Source of the DNA: an uncultured Clostridia bacterium
GTDB taxonomy: Bacteria; Bacillota; Clostridia; TANB77; CAG-508
Assembly (NCBI GenBank): GCA_947588945.1
Contig: CANPZY010000003.1
Span: 1,058 to 65,057, forward strand
DNA length: 64,000 nt
Direction: 5' to 3'
In this document: positions 58,641 to 64,000 of the stretch, in pieces
How the letters are laid out: each line of letters begins with the position of its first letter
How positions within the stretch are numbered: position 1 is the stretch's first letter
Made by a program: the position numbers and the translations under genes
Notes under the pieces: generated by a model
What the model was told of the DNA's origin: nothing
Database searches by the model: none
The model's input: the letters and a program-made list of their open reading frames with translations, nothing else

Positions 58641-60236
58641 TTATCCATCAATTACATTAACATTTATTCCTAATTTTAAATTATCATCTTTTTTTTCTTC
58701 ATTATTTTTTTTATCAATAATTTTTACTCTCATATCTTTTTTACATTCTATTGAAATTAATCTTTTTAATTCTGCCATATTTTCTGTTTTTTCAATTACG
58801 CTTTTTCCAAAACTACTTAATCCATTTGGAAATTCAATTCCAACAGTCATATCATCTAGCAATACTCCTCTAGCATTTACTAAATTAGCATATAATATTG
58901 GCATCCTTTGTTCTTTTAATGCTTCAATAACATTTGTCCAAAAATCTGCACTTTTTGCTTTTTTTACACTCGAATTTGCGTTATTTTGGCTTGCGTTTTC
59001 CACATTTTTTGCTTTTCCTGTGGATTCATTTGACTCTATTTTTGTTGTAGATTTATTAGATTCTATTTTAGTTTTACTAACATCATTACTAATATTAATT
59101 TTTCCTTTTTTTATCATGTCTTCTAATTCTTCTACTCTTTTTTCTAAACCGTCATTTTCTTTTGAACAAAGTTTCAAAATTCCAACTTGAAAAACAATAT
59201 TTTTTTGAGATGACCATTTTATACTATTTTCTAGCTCTGATAGATTAAAAATAATATTAAGTAATCTTTCTTTATCTATTTTAGAAGATATTTCTTTTAT
59301 TTTCTCTTCATCTTGTTTAGAATATATATTTGAAAGTTCTTTAGTTGAAATATATAGCAATATATCTCTTAAATATTTTATTATTTCCCATAATATATTA
59401 TTTATATCTTTTCCATCATCAATTATATTTTTTGTAGCTACTAATGCCCCTTCACTATTATAGTCTACCACTTTTTCAACTATTCCAGAAATGTATTCCA
59501 TTTTAGGAATACCAACTAATTCCTTTATTTTTTCTTCGGTTATTTTGTTTTCACCATCTTGTGCACATCTTTCTAAGATTGAAAGTGCATCTCTCATAGC
59601 CCCTTCTGAAAGTTCTGATATAAGATTCAATGCTCCTTCTGTATAATTAATTTTACATTCTTCACAGATTTTCTTTAAATTTTCTGAAATTTCCTTTTCT
59701 GGTATCTTCTTAAAATCAAATCTTTGACATCTTGATAATATAGTAGCTGGAAGTTTTTGAGGCTCTGTCGTTGCTAAAATAAATTTTACATGTTGTGGTG
59801 GTTCTTCTAATGTTTTTAATAATGCATTAAAAGCTCCTGGTGAAAGCATATGAACCTCATCTATAATATATACTCTATATTTTGCAAGAGTAGGCAAAAA
59901 ATTAACTTCATCTCTTATTGCTCTAATATCATCTACACTATTATTTGATGCTGCATCCATTTCAACAACATCTGTTAATGAACCATCTAAGGCTGCCTTG
60001 CATATTTCACACTCATTACATGGTTCTCCATCTTTTGGGTTTAAGCAATTAATTGCTCTCGCTAAAACCTTAGCCGAAGATGTTTTTCCACATCCTCTAC
60101 AACCAGTAAATAAATATGCATGTCCTACCCTATCTGCTATAACTTGATTTTTTAGAGTAGTAATAATGTGATCTTGACCAACAATTTCACTAAATGTTGT
60201 AGGTCTAAATCTTCTATAAAGAGCAGTGTATTCCAT
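58641..60236 (-). CDS. dnaX: DNA polymerase III subunit gamma/tau
   Basis: RPTTFSEIVGQ, GCRGCGKTS, C4 zinc module (CNECEIC), IIDEVHMLS, SRCQRF. Confidence 0.95.
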   Translation of the reverse strand: MEYTALYRRFRPTTFSEIVGQDHIITTLKNQVIADRVGHAYLFTGCRGCGKTSSAKVLARAINCLNPKDGEPCNECEICKAALDGSLTDVVEMDAASNNSVDDIRAIRDEVNFLPTLAKYRVYIIDEVHMLSPGAFNALLKTLEEPPQHVKFILATTEPQKLPATILSRCQRFDFKKIPEKEISENLKKICEECKINYTEGALNLISELSEGAMRDALSILERCAQDGENKITEEKIKELVGIPKMEYISGIVEKVVDYNSEGALVATKNIIDDGKDINNILWEIIKYLRDILLYISTKELSNIYSKQDEEKIKEISSKIDKERLLNIIFNLSELENSIKWSSQKNIVFQVGILKLCSKENDGLEKRVEELEDMIKKGKINISNDVSKTKIESNKSTTKIESNESTGKAKNVENASQNNANSSVKKAKSADFWTNVIEALKEQRMPILYANLVNARGVLLDDMTVGIEFPNGLSSFGKSVIEKTENMAELKRLISIECKKDMRVKIIDKKNNEEKKDDNLKLGINVNVIDG

Positions 60237-60301
60237 TAAATTTTCCTTTCTATTTTTATTTATAGAACTTTTTAATGATATGGATTTTTATATTTAATAA
60301 T

Positions 60302-60429
60302 GGCATGATATATTTTCTTATTCTAGAGTAACCCACACAAAAGTATCTACTTATTGCTGCTTCCTTCCGGACCTGACAAGATTCATAGGCTCTTATTGGA
60401 TTACCCTAGAATAAAAAAATATTCATACC
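60302..60429 (-). ncRNA. ffs: signal recognition particle RNA (short, extended-hairpin form)
   Basis: Conserved domain IV sequence GTCAGGTCCGGAAGGAAGCAGC on the minus strand. The 5' GGTATGAATATTTTTTTATTCTAGGGTAATCC pairs with the 3' GGGTTACTCTAGAATAAGAAAATATATCATGCC. Canonical position upstream of dnaX. Confidence 0.8.
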
Positions 60430-60435
60430 ATTTGA

Positions 60436-60464
60436 ATTATACAATATTTATTTTTCTTTAGCAA
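60436..60464 (-). promoter_or_regulatory. sigma-A promoter of the SRP RNA
   Basis: Minus strand: TTGCTA (60464-59), 17 nt, TATAAT (60441-36). The predicted +1 coincides with the base of the SRP hairpin. Confidence 0.5.
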
Positions 60465-60469
60465 GTATT

Positions 60470-61216
60470 TTAATAATTTTCCCTTTTAAATGTCACTTCA
60501 CTTAAGTCTGTTTTTATGACTTTGCTCATACCTTCTTCTAAAATATTTCCACTAGGTAAATCTACTTTAATATTTCCTCTATATTTTTTTGAATTAGTTT
60601 TAATTACAATATCAAAGCTCATTTTTATCTTTAATTTTTCTTCTGGAATTCCTATTTTTTTAAGCAATGTACCATCATAAGCAATTTCGTCATCTTGATT
60701 AAACACGAATTCTCCAACTCTTTGATTTACCACTCTAAATAAAATTCTTCCACCATCTTTATTTACTTCTAATGATTTTATATTATCTTGACTTCCACCT
60801 TTGTAGGTTAAGCTATTATTTACAACAAAATTTTCTTCATAAGAAAATCGTTTTTCATCTGTACTATTTGGCATATATACAACAATATTATTTCCATCTG
60901 CAGTTTCATAATTAATATTTTCTATTGTAATACTGTCAATATATGTGCTTTCTTTATATTCTGGGTTTTTATCAAATTTTAAATAAATGTCATTATATTG
61001 ATTAATATCTAGATTCCATATAACATTGTCCGGATTTTCTTCTTTTTTCATTTCATCAACACTACTTGCTAAAATCATTTCACTTAAAGTGAATGGCATA
61101 TTTTGCTCACCTTCGCTTTCATATCTTAGCATAATTGATAAAACAGTTCCAAATGCTACAATTATGATAAACAATATCAGTACTTGTTTTAATTTTTCCT
61201 TTATAATTTTATTCAT
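60470..61216 (-). CDS. membrane-anchored hypothetical protein (248 aa)
   Basis: Start moved to ATG 61216 (MNKIIKEKLKQVLILFIIIVAF...) with GGAGGA upstream. The longer track ORF runs through the tRNA gene. Confidence 0.5.
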   Translation of the reverse strand: MNKIIKEKLKQVLILFIIIVAFGTVLSIMLRYESEGEQNMPFTLSEMILASSVDEMKKEENPDNVIWNLDINQYNDIYLKFDKNPEYKESTYIDSITIENINYETADGNNIVVYMPNSTDEKRFSYEENFVVNNSLTYKGGSQDNIKSLEVNKDGGRILFRVVNQRVGEFVFNQDDEIAYDGTLLKKIGIPEEKLKIKMSFDIVIKTNSKKYRGNIKVDLPSGNILEEGMSKVIKTDLSEVTFKRENY

Positions 61217-61231
61217 AAGTTCCTCCAAAAT

Positions 61232-61323
61232 TGGCGGAGACGGTGGGATTCGAACCCACGTGCCACAAAACGCAGCTAGCTGTTTTCGAGACAGTTCCGT
61301 TATGACCGCTTCGGTACATCTCC
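61232..61323 (-). tRNA. tRNA-Ser (anticodon CGA), CCA encoded
   Basis: Manual cloverleaf. Acceptor GGAGATG/CGTCTCC. 3-bp D stem. Anticodon loop CT-CGA-AA. Long variable arm. T arm GTGGG-TTCGAAT-CCCAC. Confidence 0.95.
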
Positions 61324-61326
61324 AAA

Positions 61327-61806
61327 TCATACTTTAGTTTTATTTTTATTTAATATTCTTAATTCTTTGAAAAAGTCTTTAAGTATTTTTTCACATTCAT
61401 CTTTACATATTCCAGTTTCAACATCAACGTTGTGATTAAATTTATAATCTTCAAACAAATTTAATACAGAACCACAGCTTCCTGTTTTTTCATCCATTGT
61501 TCCTATATATACTTTCTTAATTCTCGATTGAATAATTGCTCCTGCACACATAGGACAAGGCTCTAAAGTTACATACATCTCACAATCATTAAGTCTCCAA
61601 GACTTTAATTTCTTGCTAGCTTTTTGAATAGCTATTAATTCTGCATGTTGTGTAGTATCTGTTTTCTTTTCTTTTTGATTGTATGCTCTCGCTATAATAG
61701 TATTGTCTTTGACTATTATTGCCCCTACTGGTACTTCAAGAATATTGAAAGCTTTTTTAGCTTGCTTTAGAGCCTCCTGCATATAAAAAGAAGAATCCTT
61801 GTCCAT
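61327..61806 (-). CDS. tadA: tRNA-specific adenosine deaminase
   Basis: HAELIAI and PCPMCAGAI zinc motifs, 159 aa. Confidence 0.9.
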   Translation of the reverse strand: MDKDSSFYMQEALKQAKKAFNILEVPVGAIIVKDNTIIARAYNQKEKKTDTTQHAELIAIQKASKKLKSWRLNDCEMYVTLEPCPMCAGAIIQSRIKKVYIGTMDEKTGSCGSVLNLFEDYKFNHNVDVETGICKDECEKILKDFFKELRILNKNKTKV

Positions 61807-62025
61807 ATTTTTTATATAGTTCCTTTTTATATTTAGATTTTTATTAGGATTTATCCATAAACCATCTTTATAATACTTAATATTAAAGTAAATAATTAAA
61901 TATTACTTAATTTATATTATCATATTTAAATAATATTCGCAAGAAAAAAGAACATATAAATAATGTTCTTGTAAAATATTTATTAATAAATATCTTTTTT
62001 CTTCTGTACATCATAAAATGTCATA

Positions 62026-62352
62026 TTAAATACCTGTTCCTTTTTCTATATTTGATATCTCAATGTTATTAATTATATCATTGACTTGATTCTCTGCATA
62101 ATCTTTAACAGTTTCTATAACTAAATCATAGTTATCTTCACATAGTATAATCATGTCCATTAATTTATGCATATTCTCCTTTGTTGTTATTACATTTTTA
62201 ATTGTTAGAACTTCTTTTTCAACTAATTCATCATTCTCTGTTTTTGTAATTTTTATGCCATAAGATTCATCTTTAATTATGTAATATTTTCTTACTTCCT
62301 TATAGTTTTCAAGTATTTTGTTGATTTCAATATAATAATATAATTCTTCCAT
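62026..62352 (-). CDS. hypothetical protein (108 aa)
   Basis: Start at ATG 62352 (MEELYYY...) with GAAAGGAGG upstream. Confidence 0.45.
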   Translation of the reverse strand: MEELYYYIEINKILENYKEVRKYYIIKDESYGIKITKTENDELVEKEVLTIKNVITTKENMHKLMDMIILCEDNYDLVIETVKDYAENQVNDIINNIEISNIEKGTGI

Positions 62353-62511
62353 AAATATACCTCCTTTCATTTTTTTGCGTACGAACAATATAATACCATA
62401 TTCTACCAAACAAAGTCAAGCATTTTTTTATTTTTTTAACAAATTTTTCTAATTTTTTACATAATAAATTATCTTTAGTGCGATATTCTCAACATTTATT
62501 AAAATTTTTTA

Positions 62512-62847
62512 TTAGTTATCGTCAATTTTTCTAGCTATTCCTATTATAAATTGTTTTGTTGTAAGTTTTTCTTCTTTATTTATATTAAAGTAATTATCTA
62601 TAATTTCTTCTTCTGTATTATAATACATTAAATTAATTAACTTTATAAGACACCATTGTACGTTGTCTGGCTTTGTATCATATTTCTCAGAAATAGGCTT
62701 ATATACATAATGTAAAAAATCTTTTATTGTTGTCTTTTGTTGAGATACAATTTTTATTGCATCTATTAAATACTCATAACTTAAAGAATTTCTTTTAAAC
62801 TTAAAAATTTTTAATTCTTCTATTATTTTCTCTTCCAATGCTTCCAT
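62512..62847 (-). CDS. small Spo0A-C-terminal-domain-like protein (tentative)
   Basis: Start at ATG 62847 with GAAGGAG upstream. SYEYLIDAIKIV....I.DFLHYVYKPISEKYDT.PDNV loosely resembles the Spo0A_C helix-turn-helix pattern. Confidence 0.35.
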   Translation of the reverse strand: MEALEEKIIEELKIFKFKRNSLSYEYLIDAIKIVSQQKTTIKDFLHYVYKPISEKYDTKPDNVQWCLIKLINLMYYNTEEEIIDNYFNINKEEKLTTKQFIIGIARKIDDN

Positions 62848-63047
62848 TTCCAACTCCTTCAAATTAATTACATTTTTTTACAAAAAACTTGAAATTGACT
62901 TGAAGACATATTAATATTATATTGTTGATACATATTATGTAACTTAGTATTAAATATTACTACATAACGAAACTCTTGCTTCGTTATATAGATAATATAG
63001 AGATCCTTGTAAACTGAAGCCTTTTAAAAAGAATGGAGGAAAACAAA

Positions 63048-63518
63048 ATGAAGAGAATCAGCACTTTAGTAACAATCGGTCTTATCCTTTCGTTGGTATT
63101 TTCAACGACGGCGTTTGCAAGTGAGCAGCCTTCTGCTGAACCTGCAGTAACCGAAAATGTTAGTATCAATGCTACTGGAGAAGGTGGCGAAGTAAGTCCT
63201 ACTGTATTTGAACGCACAGCCGCTTTTGATGGTGGAACCATTTCAGGTGGTTATGGCACTGTTACTGTACATCTGGGCAGATATTTATCCTATGGAGGAT
63301 TACAGGCATGCATTGCTTTTAGCAGTACTTCTGGTGTAGTTTCATGTTCTGTTATTGATCCAGATGGATATAATATTGAACTTGGCGTTATGAGTATTAC
63401 TACATCAGACCGCACAACAATAACTCCTGTTTATGGTTTAAAAACTGGAGATTATACTTTTATATTTGATGCATCAACAAAAGATTCTTTTAAAGTATCA
63501 TGTTCTATTTATGAATAA
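63048..63518 (+). CDS. secreted small beta-rich protein, unknown function
   Basis: Start at ATG 63048 with GGAGGA upstream. Signal peptide MKRISTLVTIGLILSLVFSTTAFA/SEQ. GC content is visibly elevated. Confidence 0.55.
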   Translation: MKRISTLVTIGLILSLVFSTTAFASEQPSAEPAVTENVSINATGEGGEVSPTVFERTAAFDGGTISGGYGTVTVHLGRYLSYGGLQACIAFSSTSGVVSCSVIDPDGYNIELGVMSITTSDRTTITPVYGLKTGDYTFIFDASTKDSFKVSCSIYE

Positions 63519-63540
63519 TACTAATTATTTTCATACTATC

Positions 63541-63570
63541 GGGCTTGTGAGAAATCATAAGCCCTTTTTT
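63541..63570 (+). terminator. intrinsic terminator
   Basis: GGGCTTGTGA-GAAA-TCATAAGCCC followed by TTTTTT. Confidence 0.6.
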
Positions 63571-63991
63571 AGTCCACTTTCGTATAATAATCAGGTATTT
63601 TAACATCCTCATCTTGTGTTGTATTAAATATAACATTATATCTAATATTAGAATTTAGTACATCATTATTTCCATTTATATTTACATTTATATTATCTAT
63701 AATAGGAAAATAATTTTCTTTATCAAAAAATAATTCTTCATTATTAATTATTAATAATAATTTATCATCTTCAATTTTACTAAAAACTAAATTTATTTTT
63801 TTAGATAATTTATCAAATTCTTCTTTTCCTTTATCTGTTATTGAAAGCGGAAATAAACTATACATATATGCCCCATTTTCATATTTTGTTGTATTTGCTA
63901 AATATTCTTGTTCATATGTTTTCTCTTCTTCATTTACTGTATATCTGTATTTATTAATCAGATCAAAGTATTTTATAGAATAAGTTTCCAT
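63569..63991 (-). CDS. hypothetical protein (140 aa)
   Basis: ORF only. Confidence 0.4.
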   Translation of the reverse strand: METYSIKYFDLINKYRYTVNEEEKTYEQEYLANTTKYENGAYMYSLFPLSITDKGKEEFDKLSKKINLVFSKIEDDKLLLIINNEELFFDKENYFPIIDNINVNINGNNDVLNSNIRYNVIFNTTQDEDVKIPDYYTKVD

Positions 63992-64000
63992 ACTTTCAAA

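Noticed and set aside
58630-59190. 186-aa plus-strand ORF antisense to dnaX, with similar cases at 44434..44871, 35388..35783, 29538..29876 and 62984..63241.
   Set aside because: These are shadow ORFs opposite well-supported genes, with low-complexity hydrophobic sequences.
61217-61330. N-terminal extension of ORF 60470..61330 (MIWRCTEAVITELSRKQLAAFCGTWVRIPPSPP).
   Set aside because: This part is the translation of the tRNA-Ser gene. A strong GGAGGA RBS precedes the internal ATG at 61216.
1-64000. Alternative genetic code (TGA read as Trp) as an explanation for the split genes.
   Set aside because: The split points are true frame changes, since conserved motifs continue in a different frame. 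Long genes are open under the standard code and TGA is used as a stop.

Overview
This window is a very AT-rich (judged by eye, not computed) chromosomal segment from a spore-forming Firmicutes/Clostridia-like bacterium. Almost all genes are on the minus strand.

Core genes, recognised from motifs:
- Cell shape and wall: mrdA (PBP2), mreD, mreC, mreB, ddl, murF.
- Replication, repair and translation: radC, pcrA (interrupted), prfA, dnaX-ybaB-recR, tadA.
- Other: mecA, a small (p)ppGpp-hydrolase-like HD protein, a ZIP transporter, a YhaO/YhaN (SbcD/SbcC-like) pair, yqeK, ypeB.
- RNA genes: a short SRP RNA and tRNA-Ser(CGA).

Accessory or unusual content:
1. A left-edge island at 1-4690 holds a HelD-like helicase, a UPF0158 protein, an unknown protein, and a Fic/Doc-like protein with Gln where the catalytic His should be. 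It is driven by a strong promoter embedded in four phased TGTGAAAC half-sites. It abuts a giant cyclic-beta-glucan-synthase-like gene that is cut off inside its GH94 domain.
2. An apparent operon at 4691-23225 contains two giant surface proteins plus that synthase.
3. A plus-strand four-gene block at 41.1-48.4 kb is my best candidate for an undescribed conflict/defence system. It encodes a membrane Rossmann-RyR protein, an Abi_2/HEPN protein, a DUF4062-coiled-coil-TPR protein of about 1,310 aa, and a stand-alone DUF4062 protein.
4. An orphan VirD4/TraG-type coupling protein lies next to that block.
5. Two inverted copies of a roughly 120-nt palindromic element at 24343-24459 and 48531-48654 share a conserved GC-rich core. 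Both nested stems carry compensatory substitutions between the copies.
6. A roughly 1-kb AT-only non-coding spacer with 133-bp tandem repeats sits inside the sbcD/sbcC-like pair.
7. There are at least four interrupted reading frames (pcrA, the TPR gene, an adhesin, an Asn-rich protein) plus the truncated synthase.

No database searches or computations were run. All family assignments rest on motif recognition and need HMM or BLAST confirmation.
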